Below, in pieces: positions 27,540 to 39,499 of a DNA stretch of 64,000 nt; within the stretch, counting starts at the first letter, position 1; the number at the start of each line of letters is the position of its first letter. Source of the DNA: Octopus vulgaris. Its lineage: Eukaryota. A program made the translations under genes and the position numbers. The stretch lies in assembly GCA_951406725.2 (NCBI GenBank), contig OX597818.1:12152001-12216000 (forward strand). Direction: 5' to 3'. The notes under the pieces are model-generated. The model did no database searches. It was given only the letters and a program-made list of their open reading frames with translations, and was not told where the DNA came from.

Positions 27540-29487
27540 TTCTCTGAGCTGAGGTGCGACCCATCCAATTGGGTACCGTCTCCAGGCCATTTCAGCAGCC
27601 TGGACTTGTTCATGCACGACTGCAACGCACTGATCGACCGATTCAGTTTTTAAAAAGGATTCCTCCGGACCAACATCGCTCGAGCTGAATCGGGCGCCCT
27701 TCGCAGCATTCGTTGCTGTAACGACATCATCGTCAAGTCGGCAGACAAAGGTAGAGCAGTGGTGGTGTGGCGTACCGACCTGTACAAGGAGGATGCGCTC
27801 CGTCAGCTTTGGAACCCCATACTTTATCGTCTCTTCTCCTCTGACTCCACGCCTCCTACCAGCAGCGCGTGTCCTCCACCATCCATGACCTCGTCTCATA
27901 TTCTGCCCTCTCTCTACCACCACCAACCTCATCATCCGAACACTCCGTGCCTACACCATCTGTTCCCTTCCCAAAATACACAAACCCGACGATCCTGGCC
28001 GCCCCATTGTTTTCACCTGCAACTGCCACAGAAAATTCATTTCCAAATATTTCGACATCCTTTTCACTTTAGTCGCTGTCCTCTCATTTCACATATATGA
28101 CACTAACCACGCCATTCGCTTCTTCAATTCCTTCTTCTCTCTCGCCCCATCACATCCCTTTTCATCATGGACATAAAATCCCTGTACACTGTGATCCCTC
28201 ACAACAACGGCCTCTTAGCCTTTCAGTACTTCCTCGACCGTTGCCCCAACCCTACACCCAGCACATCCACCCTTCTCCGCCTAGCAGAACTCGTCCTCAC
28301 CCTTAACTGCTTTATGTTCGCAGGAGAGATTTGCCAGCAAGTTCTGGCATCGCTATGGGAATGAGAAAGGGCCCGAATTTTTCCAACTTATTTGTTGGTT
28401 ACGTTGAGGCCCAAATCTTCTAACACTTCTCCGGACCGACCCCAGAGCTATACAGCTACTATATGGACGACTGTACAGGCGCTACCTCTCTCTCCTGCCT
28501 ACAGCTCTCCAATTTTATTTCTTCCGTTTCTAACTTCCACCCTTCTCTCGAATTCACCTCTACTATCTCTGATATTTCCGTAAACTTCCTCGATATCTCT
28601 CTCTCCCTTGATCCACTCACCCACTCTCTCACCACATTCGCCTCCTTTAAGCCCACGGACTCCCATCTCTAACTCAACTTTTCCTCCTCCCATCTCTCCC
28701 ACACCAAACGGGCCATCTCTTACTCCCAGTTCCTCCTCTTCCGACACATGTGCAACCGGGACCAGGATGTTGAGACCCAATACCTGGCCCTCTTGTTCAT
28801 GCGTCGCGGGTACCATTCTACCCTTGTCCAAACTGTCCTTACCTGCACTCATCAAATCAATTGCACTACCGCCATCTCTTTCCCCACACCGATCCTCCAA
28901 ACGCATGCCTTTTCCCTGCCTTTTCCTCCCCCCCACCCTACACCTTCATCAGAAGATCCTGAAGGCCTTCCGTCAACTCCAGCTAGATCCCACCACCCTC
29001 CCTATTTCCCCCAACCCATCCTTGCCCTCCTTCAAACGCGCCCGTAACCTGCGCGACCTACTGCTCCCTCCCCTCCATTCCAACTCAACCTGGATCCTTC
29101 CCTTGCTCCAGATCCCGTTGCCAACATCTATCTTTTCATTATCAACACCACATCCCTCACAACCAACACACTTTCTGCATTAGGAACTCCTCCTGCATTT
29201 CTTCAAGCCTCATTAACTGCATCAGGTGCAATCTTTGCAATAAAATTTACATTGGTCAGACGGGCCGCCGGCTAGCCGACCGGTTCACCGAACACCTTCG
29301 AGACGTTCATCTACATAAGGATACCACCGTCGCCTATCATTTTCGCTTGCCCGACAATCCCACCGTCTTCGGCCTTACCCTACATCATGGATCCACTAAC
29401 TCTAGACTCCACCTGGAACAACATCACATTTTCACTCTATGTACTCAAACTCCTTTCGGACTCAACACAACCTCTTCTTCTCAGTGA
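27540..29487 (+). pseudogene. PLE reverse transcriptase / GIY-YIG endonuclease, frameshifted
   Basis: Motifs IIVKSADKGRAVVVW, PKIHKP...PGRPIV, MDIKSLYTVIPH, GIAMG, YMDD, FKPTDSH, CNLCNKIYIGQTGRRLADRFTEH and PFGLN, with several stops and frameshifts. Confidence 0.9.
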
Positions 29488-29798
29488 CTTTCCCCACACC
29501 TCTTAAAAAAAATTTACTCAATCTTTTTCTATTCGTTTATTTCATTATTTCTTATTTACTTTTTTTATAATCTTTATTTATTTCTGTTACTGATTTTCTC
29601 TGCTACTGATTCTATTTCTGTTATGGATTTTTTTAATTGATTTTTCTTATTGATCGTTTTTTTGTATTTATTACTTATTTATTTACATAATCCTTTTCAT
29701 TTATTTTTTATTTTTAATAATTTTATTTTTATTTGTTTATTTGTATTAATTTTATTTTTCTTATTCCTATGCCACACCCTAAACCGCACACGCACATA

Positions 29799-30120
29799 CA
29801 CACGCGCGCACTCACACGCGCGCACTCACACGCGCGCACTCACACGCGCGCACTCACACGCGCGCACTCACACGCGCGCACTCACACGCGCGCACTCACA
29901 CGCGCGCACTCACACGCGCGCACTCACACACGCGCGCACTCACACGCGCGCACTCACACGCGCGCACTCACACGCGCGCACTCACACGCGCGCGCGCACT
30001 CACACGCGCGCACTCACACGCGCGCACTCACACGCGCGCACTCACACGCGCGCACTCACACGCGCGCACTCACACGCGCGCACTCACACGCGCGCACTCA
30101 CACGCGCGTACTCACACGCG
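29799..30120. repeat. 14-bp minisatellite (CACACGCGCGCACT)n, roughly 22 copies
   Basis: Direct inspection. CpG-rich and mostly alternating purine/pyrimidine. Confidence 0.9.
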
Positions 30121-30914
30121 AACACACACGCGCACACACACGTACACAAACATCACACACATCTCCGCGCGCGCACACACACACGCACACGCGCATACAT
30201 AATACCCACTCCTTTGGCTACACCAACGTACCCATACACACTACATTTCAGGCCTCACTCTTTCTCACGCATGCACATACACGCTCACACAACACATTCA
30301 TATACACACACACGCACGAACACACACAACCACACCCACACACACAATCACACCCACCCATTTACAGAACCACACCCACTCATTCACACAGCCACAGCCA
30401 CCCATTCTCACACCCCATTCAGACTACCTCCGACTCATTATCGAGCCTTCCATCTACGCACTCATGCAAACACACACACACACAAACTTCCACACACCTA
30501 TTCACACACCTGTCACTTTAGCTGCTGACCTCTCAGAGCGACATTAACACACATGCACACATACACACACACACAGACTACTCACACAAATACAAACATA
30601 CAAACACAGTTAATACCACAGACACACACGCTTACGCTACCACACACGCACACACAGAGTTGTTATCACACGCACACACAGACACGCAGTTACTGTCAAA
30701 CACAAAGCTACCACATATACACACATGCTACCACACAAACACACACACACACACACACACACACTCATACCGACCATCTTCACACTCTCCTGTACCTGAA
30801 TGCACTTTCTCTTCATTCTTTCTACTTCTGGTCACTTCAGGAATATAACCGCACATGGATTGTTGGCGAGATTTTCCTCCTTCCTTCTTCCCCTTGGACC
30901 TGCCTGTTTTCCCG

Positions 30915-30949
30915 GTTTCTGATGAAGCGCAATGCTCGAAACATAAAAC
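30915..30949 (+). ncRNA. Minimal type I hammerhead motif in the PLE terminal segment (slightly decayed)
   Basis: gttt-CTGATGA-AGC-gcaat-GCT-c-GAAAC-ATA-aaac. Stem I is gttt/aaac. Confidence 0.6.
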
Positions 30950-31050
30950 AACAACTCTCTTCTTTCTCAGAGCGTCTTATTAATATATTGCTTGTGCTAT
31001 GTCCTAATGTTAATTTACTTTTTCTTTTTCTCTGCTTTCTTTTTAATTGA

Positions 31051-31091
<41 letters not shown>

Positions 31092-31891
31092 TATGTGTAT
31101 GGGTGGGTGTTTAGTAGTGTCATCTAATACTGGGGTTTCAAATTTAGGTACATGGGCAGCAACTGGAACTTATTTTATCGACCCAGCGGAATTTGAACTC
31201 AGAACGTGAAGACGGACGAAATGTCGCTAAGCGTGATAATGATTCTAAGAGCTCACAACCTTAGTGTCGTCTAATATTAATATCCATAAACGTAATCCCT
31301 GCTAAGTGTATTTCCTGATAATCTCCTACCCCACCCCCATTTATATGTTTAACATATACCTACTCCAATGTTAAACGATCTTTGTTCAGAAACTGAGAGC
31401 ACGCACTTAAATTTAGAGAAGCTCCCCGAACTTCATTTCCTGAACAACACATAGATATTATTCAGGAAGCTCTATACTACAAACTTTATCATGAAAACGG
31501 AAAAGCGCAATCAAGCGAATAAGCTGGAAAACATTCTGCGAAGAAGAAGCTACCAGATCACCTGCAAGCAATTATTCAGAGGTACACTAATACCCTAAAG
31601 CTCAAAGGACTAAGGAGCCTTTAACACAAAACTGTAAAGGTCTCACACTTGGAGACAATAAAAGAACATGCACGAAATGAACACCGAATCGTACATCAAG
31701 TTCCTTGTCAATAACATTACAAAAGTACTCGTATTCAGTTAAACATATAGATATGGTAGAGACAACCGAATCTACATGTGTGGATTGGGCGATATAAGTT
31801 GTAAAATAAATATCCGGAAGCTGGAGTCATGTAGATATCTTAATTTTAATACCTGTATATACAGATTCTGTTATTTCGTGTATATGTAACC

Positions 31892-31952
<61 letters not shown>

Positions 31953-32055
31953 GTTGTTTCCAGAGCCTTGTGAGTGGATTTATATTTACATGATACATAC
32001 ATACATACATACATACATACATACATACATACATACATACATACATACATACATG

Positions 32056-32091
<36 letters not shown>

Positions 32092-32094
<3 letters not shown>

Positions 32095-32659
32095 GAGGGT
32101 GAGTCAAAAAGTAATGCCATTTTGTTTAGGACAGGTATAATTACCAACACAGGAGCATGTATCATACATCAAAATGAAGCTGATCCTCTCTGGATCACAT
32201 CCCTACTTCTCACCATAGTCACCGTTTCTCTCAATAGCAATATTCCACCTTCGAATGAGAGCATGTATCCCTGCTTTGTAAAATTCTGTTGACTGTTCTT
32301 TAAGCCACTTTTTCACTAGTTTTCACTTCCTCGTCGCTGGACTATCATCGTCACTGGACTATCATCTCTTCAGCCCCATGAAAGAAGGTATGAGAGGCAA
32401 ACATTATTCTAGTGACAAGGAAGTGAAAACTGTAGTGAAGAAGTGGCTCAATGAACAGTTAACAGAATTTTACGGGGCAGGGATACATGCTCTCATTTGA
32501 AGATGGAACATTGCTATTGAGAGAAACGGTGACTATGTTGAGAAGTAGGGATGTGATCCAGAGAGAACCAGCTTCATTTTGACGTATGATACACGTTCCT
32601 GTGTAGGTAATTATACCTGTCCTAAACAAAATTGCATTACTTTTTTACTCATCCTCGTA
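32092..32659. mobile_element. Mariner-derived fold-back MITE made of two transposase 3' ends
   Basis: TA-bounded TIRs tacgagggtgagtcaaaaagtaatgc and gcattactttttactcatcctcgta. Plus strand 32358-32548 reads DYHLFSPMKEGMRGKHY...RWNIAIERNGDYVEK*. The left half is its inverse. Confidence 0.85.
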
Positions 32660-32940
32660 TATTACAAATGAGGAATACCGGTTTATGGGAATACCTTAGG
32701 TTTCCCGGCCATAAAGGGTTTAGTTTTATAGCGCATCGTCAGATCCCAACGACCTGTTGGCCCAAGACCTCTTAAAAATATGGAGTAGGAAACGACTCCA
32801 TATTTTTTCGTCTTCCATATTTTACGATGTCTTGGACCAACAGGTTTTTGGGCTCTGACGATGCGCTATAAAACTAAACCCTTTATGGACGGGAAACCTT
32901 AGGTAATCCCATAAACCGACCCTCCCCATTTTTAATATAT
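32660..32940. mobile_element. Diverged fold-back element with an HHR motif in each arm
   Basis: Imperfect inverted arms. Plus 32849-32911 gggct-CTGACGA...GAAAC-CTTAG-GTA-atccc. Minus 32687-32748 gggat-CTGACGA...GAAAC-CTAAG-GTA-ttccc. Confidence 0.7.
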
Positions 32941-32989
32941 ACTGCTCTATATCTTAGAGTGTGCTTCTTCTTTCGGATTTATGTTTTTT

Positions 32990-33079
32990 ACACCTTGGGC
33001 AGGTGTTTTCTCTATAACCTCGAGCCGACCGAAGTCTTGTCAGTGGATTTGGTCAACAAAAACTGAAAGAAGCCCGTCG

Positions 33080-33146
<67 letters not shown>

Positions 33147-33353
33147 TTGTGTGTATGTGTTTGTCCCCCCCCCCCACCATCGCTTGACACCGATGTTGGT
33201 GTGTTTATGTCTCTGCTGTAACATAGAGATTTGGCAAAAGAAATTGATAAAATATGGACTAGGCTTACAAAGTTCTGCAGTCGATTTTATCGATTAAAGG
33301 CAGTGCTCCAGCATGGCCGCAGTCAAATAACAGAAACCAGTAAAAGAATCAAA
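32990..33353 (+). mobile_element. SINE family B (5'-truncated)
   Basis: caccttgggcaggtg...gaaactgaaagaagcccgtcg-(TA)n...catggccgcagtcaa. Confidence 0.8.
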
Positions 33354-33378
33354 GAATGCATACATACATACATACATG

Positions 33379-33409
<31 letters not shown>

Positions 33410-33414
33410 ACATA

Positions 33415-34053
33415 TTAGGTCGTCAAGTATGAAATTTGTAGAAAAGAAAAGAAAGTTTGCTAACGTTTTATAAATACAAGGAATTGTTTTATTCATCAAA
33501 ATATACACTCATATTGTCAATACACTTTTGCCATTCCAGCCCGGAACCGTAAAAGCCTGGCAATCTAGAAGGCCTGTTTTACAGCATCGTCTGAATTAAA
33601 TTTTTTCCTATCAAAAAGTTATCCAAATTCTGGAAGAAGTAGGGGTCAGTTGGAGCAAGATCAGGTGAGTATGGTGGATGATGGAGAACTTTCAACACCA
33701 ACTCATGTAGTTTCGCCAATGTCATTTTTGCGAGTGTGTTGTCTTGACTAATCTAGGCTGTTTTTTGTAAGTTTCTGCATCATTTGGTCCAGTTGGCTGC
33801 AGTATATTTCAGCCGTGACTGATAAGCCAGGTTTAATGAAATCATAATGGATCACACCTTCACAAGACAACCAAACACACACCATCAGCTTCTTTTGTTG
33901 AATTTTGCTTTTTGGACTGTGTTTTGGTGGCTCGTCTTTGTCCAACCATTGTGCTGAACGTTAAAGATTGTCAAAATATAATAATAGTACAAAATGAGCA
34001 GCTGTCAATGTTTACGATATACCTTACAACAAATTTCATACTTGACGACCTAA
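33415..34053 (-). mobile_element. Internally deleted mariner transposon
   Basis: TIRs ttaggtcgtcaagtatgaaatttgt at both ends with TA flanks. Minus ORF 33748-33945 includes KKLMVCVWLSCEGVIHYDFIKPGLSVTAEIYCSQLD (mariner catalytic region). A solo TIR lies at 34754-34792. Confidence 0.9.
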
Positions 34054-34055
34054 TA

Positions 34056-34151
<96 letters not shown>

Positions 34152-34339
34152 AGAAGGTGAATGAATTATCCTAGTATGGATAATTCGGTTAACCGATACC
34201 TGGGTAGCAAATTCACGTCACAAAACACGGTTGAAGCTATATGCCAAGGGCAGGGATCCCGTGTTCTCGTGTGTAAATTTGTGTGTTTTTTTTAACTATG
34301 AATAAATGAAAGAATGGAGTCGAACGACGATTTTAACAA

Positions 34340-34442
34340 AATTCCTTTACTCTCGACACATGTTTCGAAGGCTGCATATTCCTAATTCCGAAGGAATAAA
34401 GGGTGCATTATGCCGCCATCTCATCAGGAAAGACAAGGAACT
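34340..34442 (-). ncRNA. Type I hammerhead ribozyme (inverse copy)
   Basis: Reverse complement of 34600-34702. Confidence 0.75.
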
Positions 34443-34599
34443 TATGTCAGCACCATCTCTTGAACTCTTTAGAACATTCTCCATCCAACCAACTTTGACG
34501 TCATTGCTTATAACGAGATATTTTAAAGAAACACTCATTATTACTGTGGACATCATGTGGCAGTCATCTAAAAGTTTTGCTCTTCATGGTGCTGACATA

Positions 34600-34702
34600 A
34601 GTTCCTTGTCTTTCCTGATGAGATGGCGGCATAATGCACCCTTTATTCCTTCGGAATTAGGAATATGCAGCCTTCGAAACATGTGTCGAGAGTAAAGGAA
34701 TT
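34600..34702 (+). ncRNA. Type I hammerhead ribozyme with extended stem II
   Basis: Stem I agttcctt-gt-ctttc / gagag-ta-aaggaatt. CTGATGA at 34615-34621. Stem II GA.GGC.GCATA / TATGC.GCC.TC. GAAAC at 34676-34680, loop ATGT, GTC. Predicted cut after 34687. Confidence 0.8.
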
Positions 34703-34794
34703 TTGTTAAAATCGTCGTTCGACTCCATTCTTTCATATATATATATATATATGTTAGGTCGTCAAGTAGGAAATTAGTAGTAAGGTATATCGTG

Positions 34795-34972
34795 GTGAAA
34801 ACCTCTTCTTCAGGACATTGGGAAAAGCGCTTTTCTCAATGTCCTGAAGAAGGGGGTCTTCACTCCGAAATATAGAAATACAAGGTAAAACTGCAACTTT
34901 GTTCTGTTTTCTTTACAATTTATAATTTACTTTATACCTTCTCGCAGTATTCTGGCTTTACACAACTACATT

Positions 34973-34975
<3 letters not shown>
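34795..34975 (+). mobile_element. Short fold-back element with degenerate HHR-like motif
   Basis: Hairpin 34795-34863 centred on aaaagcgctttt. Right arm runs into CTGAAGA-a-GGGG-gtcttca-CTCC-GAAAT. Confidence 0.5.
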
Positions 34976-35025
<50 letters not shown>

Positions 35026-35739
35026 TATGTATATATGTGTATTGTGTGTGTGCGCGCGCGCCTGCGCCTGTGTGTGTGTCTTTGTGTCTGCGTTTGTCCC
35101 CCACTACCGCTTGACAGCCGGTGTTAGTCTAATTACGTCTCCGTAACTTAGCGGTTCGGCAAAAGGTCTGATATTATAAGTATCAGGCTTAAAAAGCACT
35201 GGAGTCATTTCTTTCAACTAAAGGTTCTTCAAAGTGGTGCCCCAGCGTGGCCGCAGTCTAATGACTGAAACAAATGAAAATTATTATATATGCATTATAC
35301 TACATACAATTTTTAAGTTTTAAGACACATCTCGCTGATGCTGTGATGCATTGTCAGAGATGTTTCTGAGATCTCAGGGGGTTTCGAGTTTTTGAACATC
35401 AGACCCCTTGGTCATTTGACCCAGTCGGGGCTGGCTGATTCACAGCTTGCATCCTAGTAGTAGCAAGCCGCTGGTCTATCCTCCTTATCCTAACCACTTA
35501 GTTGCTTTCTCTGCTGTTTCAGTGGAATTTATAGCCTTCCTCTTTGCTTGCACCAGTGACTTCAAGCCCTGTCAGAGATTCACAAAACCTCGGCAGCCCA
35601 CTTCGGTTGACCGGCAACGTGCCTGCCAGCTCCAATTTCTGCACTGCTCTATCAGCTTGGTATTTGGCAAGTCTCCTCTCATGATCCTCCTCCACGTATT
35701 CCTCCCAAGTCACAGTTAGCTCCCACATGATCACTTAAT

Positions 35740-37805
35740 ATAGAGTGAAAATGTCCAATACAAGTGTATATCCAAAACCAGAGGCAGAGAATATGGTAAG
35801 ATAAGGCAGCAAACTGAACCGTAATTGAATGCTGGATCAAATGTGAACTCGTTAGAAGGGGATTCCTAAAACGCATGAAATCAAAATGAGATGAAATAGG
35901 ATTCTTTAAAATAAGTGGGCAACGGTTAGTCGGCCAGGCAAGTACAATAAGAACAAATGGGTGGTTACAGAGAGGGAAATTGAATAAATAAAAGCGAAAA
36001 TAGAAAGCGAAGATAATTTTGTACCAGCGGATAGCATACCTATTGAGGAAAGAGGAATGAGTAGCAGCAGCGAAGATGCAAGGCAAGGTTTAAATGCATT
36101 GTCCATATACGATGATAATCAATAAGGCACAGTGACACATAATGTGTCAGCGTATTAGAGAAGACCAAGATCAAACTCCTTCACCAGTGTGAGGTATATT
36201 GACTGGCGCAAGCTAAAAGCAGAAACCGAAAATATAGATTCTGTTCTTGGATTCTTTCAGACGGGAAATCTAACTGAAACTAAGAAGATTATCTGGGTTG
36301 CTGCTAAGGTTGTCGGAGAAAGAGTTAGATACAAAAGAAGAAAGCAAATGGTACGTAACGAAACATACTGGCGGAGACGAATTTGTGAGAAAAAAAAGTA
36401 AGTTAAAAAAACATTTGGGACATGTTGACAGCTTGAAAAGAGGGTTATTGCAAAACGAAAGAATAAGAATAAGATTGGAAAGAACGTATAGATAATGGGT
36501 ATGGTGTAATATTTGAAGAACTGAAGCAAAAGGCAATAGCAATCAAAACCTGATATGACAATAGAACAAAACAATTCAGGCAGAACAGATTGTTCAAAGC
36601 CAGTCAGAAAAAATCTGAGGAACTAGATGAGTAAGTGCACCTAACATTGATACCTGGTGCAGACGAAAGCAGGGCATTCTATGGAGGAATCTGGGATCAA
36701 TCTGTAAAGCATAGTGATAAGGTGGAGTGGCTGCATGAAATCCAAAATAGACAAGGTCAAGATAACATAAAAATAAATACAGAAAAGACATAAAAACAAA
36801 TAAATAAAATTCCAAACTGGAAGAGCCCAGAGCAGGATAATGTTCAAAGTTATTGGATGAAGAAACTGAGAGAGCTGCATGAAAGGATAGCAGAACAGCT
36901 GGATAAGTATTTGCAAGAAGGCTCAATACCCAGCTGGATGACAAAAGGAAAGACAATGTTATAAGTGAAGGATCTTGAATGGTTAACATTGTTTCCAATA
37001 ACGTGTCTTCTGCTAATGTGGAAACTACTGTCAGGTGTCTTGGCTGGTGAACTGTATGCATACTTAGAAAAAGATGGGCCACTACCTATTGAACAGAAAG
37101 GTTGCTGAAAGTGGAACCGAGAAACGAAAGATTAGCTTTTAATTGATAAACTAATCATCAGAAATTGCAAGAGAAGACACACAAATATAAGCATGACATG
37201 GATTGATTATCGTAAGGCATAAAATGTAATACCACATCCATGGATAAGAATAATAATGGAAATGTATGGAGTAGCAGAAGACATGAAGTGCCTTATACAG
37301 AACAATATGGAATGTTGGAGAACTGAATTGATAGCAGGGAATCAGTTATTAGAAGAAGTGAAAATTAAGAGAGGAATCTTCCAGTGGGACATTGTGTTGG
37401 GAATGATCCCTTGAGTGAAATACTGTAGAAGACAAATTTGGGGTATGATTTGAGAAGTGGTAAGGGAAAGCTTAATCACCTGCTATTCATGGACAATTTA
37501 AGCTTTTTCACAAAAAGTGAGACAGAACTGGACAGTCTAGTCCAGTCCGTGCGGATTTTCTCCAATGATACCAAGATGGAGTTTAGACTTTCAAAATGTG
37601 CTGCGATGGTGACGAGATGAGTAAAGTTTGTTAGTGGTGAAATGATGAATGCAATTGAACCTGAATAAATACCTGAGAATTTGAGGTAGACGGAATTAAG
37701 CATAATGATATGAAAGAAAGGACAATAGTATTGTGACGTATGCTGCAGGTAGCAAGCCCGCTATGCATGTAAGACTCCATGAGTTCCAACAAAACCTGGG
37801 TTAAG

Positions 37806-37875
<70 letters not shown>

Positions 37876-38436
37876 CAACAGCAATAACTAACGAAACAAT
37901 CTCATATTGTGAGTGAGTGTAGCAAGCTCGCCCAAAAGAACTACAAAAGGAGGCACGATAACGTGATTAAGTTTGTCCACTGGAAGCTGTGAAAAGTACG
38001 GCCTGGACAAAGCACGGAATTGGTACGCACATGAGAATAAGGAATATAAGATACTATGGGATTTTACAATCCAATGTGATTCCCTAATCGATGCTCGGAG
38101 ACCAGATATTGTGGTAGATAAAGGAAAAAAGGAAACCAAGATTATAGATATGGTAATATCTGTGGATGCATGCATAAGTGACAACGAACTAGAAAAGATT
38201 GAAAAGTACAGACTACTAAAAGACTAAATTGTAAGTATGTGGACTATGAGGAGAGTGTCTGTTATTCCAGTAGTTGTAAGGGCATTTGGAGCACTAACAA
38301 CCAATTTCAAGAAATATGTCAGAGAATTCAGAATTGACATGAAAGCAGAGCAAGCCCCCCAACCTGCTGGGGACAGGTTGCTCTCCGCTCTGATAGAATC
38401 TACCAGAGCATACAAGACCGAGCGCTCTAAAAAGTA
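35740..38436 (+). pseudogene. Decayed R4/Dong-clade RLE non-LTR retrotransposon
   Basis: Remnants WRRRI, KIPNWKSPEQD, WMTKGKT, PITCL, EQKGC, WIDYRKA, KRGIFQ, LNHLLFMDNL (RT) and HIVSEC...RHD...ILWDF...RRPDIVV (RLE). Interrupted by (TAA)n at about 37808-37870. Confidence 0.85.
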
Positions 38437-38477
<41 letters not shown>

Positions 38478-38479
38478 GA

Positions 38480-38510
<31 letters not shown>

Positions 38511-38559
38511 ACAACAACAACATCAGCAGCAAAAACAACAACATCTCCTTACATAGGAA

Positions 38560-39460
38560 AGAAGGTGTTATGAAGGAGATTAAGCCCTTGCATGCTTATC
38601 TGGCGAATAATAATGAAAGAATGTTGCAGGTCCCACTGAACGAGAAGGTGGCCAGTGACAATGGTGAGATCCTCCAGAAGAATATGAGAACTACCAGAGA
38701 AAAGATAATCAACTGGAAGCCCTACACGGAGAGTTTTTCCTGCAAACATCAGATGAAGTTGAAGAATCCTAGAGATGGTTAAGGCATGGATTTTTAAAGA
38801 ACAAGTTTTATGAGCCAACTAAAAAAAAAAGAGTAACATTGATAAGAGCAGTCTCACCTTTGTGTAAATTGTGTGGAAAATCATCTGAGACGCTTAGACA
38901 TAATTAGTGGACGTTCAAAAAAAGCCGAAAGGAGTACAAAAAAACACCATGACAAAGAGGCAATGTGAATACACTGGGTGTTGTGCAAAATGTGTGGGCT
39001 AGAATGTTCTAACAAGTGGTATGAGCACCAACCCTTACCAGCAGCAGAGAATGATGAAATATGTTAACCTACACTGATAGGAAGCTGCAACATAACCGAC
39101 CAGATATTATTCTCCAACGGAAGGAGTCTAAAGAATGGACTTTCAACGACGTAGCTATACCTATACCAGCATATTGTGAAGATAAAGAACGAGAATGTCG
39201 AGAAGTGCCAAGACATAGCACTTGAAGTGAAACGCATCCACGGAGCCTCAAAAGGGAGTGTGATACCTATCGTAATTGGGAATATCTCAAAGAATGCAAT
39301 ATTCTGTCAGGAAAAGCTGCAAATACCAAACTTCATCGGGTGTATTCAATTCGCAGTAATATTTGGAACAGCTTATGTACTGAGAAAAGTGTTGCGTCTC
39401 TAAGGTGCAGGAAAGAGCTGAGATGTGACATAGATAACTCCGGAAAGTAAGGTAACTAGA
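38560..39460 (+). pseudogene. Second R4/Dong-like 3' fragment (Zn knuckle plus RLE)
   Basis: CKLCGKSSETLRH...HD...HWVLC...KWYEHQP...HNRPDII...DVAIP...KVLRL*. Confidence 0.8.
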
Positions 39461-39499
39461 AGGAATATGAAAGTTCCTGATCTTGTGATAAATATGACC

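Larger units (their letters stand above)
27480..31050 (+). mobile_element. Penelope-like retroelement (Neptune-like layout), decayed
   Basis: RT plus GIY-YIG pseudo-ORF, then a long CA/CG-rich simple-repeat 3' region, then a terminal segment with an HHR motif. Confidence 0.8.
34150..34736. mobile_element. (TA)n-flanked inverted-repeat element: 151-bp arms (34306-34456 and 34586-34736), 129-bp spacer
   Basis: Arms are reverse complements by inspection, and each contains a full HHR fold. Confidence 0.85.

Noticed and set aside
29650-30528. Longest ORFs (292 aa and 262 aa)
   Set aside because: Open only because the 14-bp minisatellite and CA-rich sequence lack stop codons.
35370-35720. Possible HDV-like ribozyme upstream of the R4-like element
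   Set aside because: Hairpins are present but I could not assign the nested double pseudoknot by eye. It needs a motif search.
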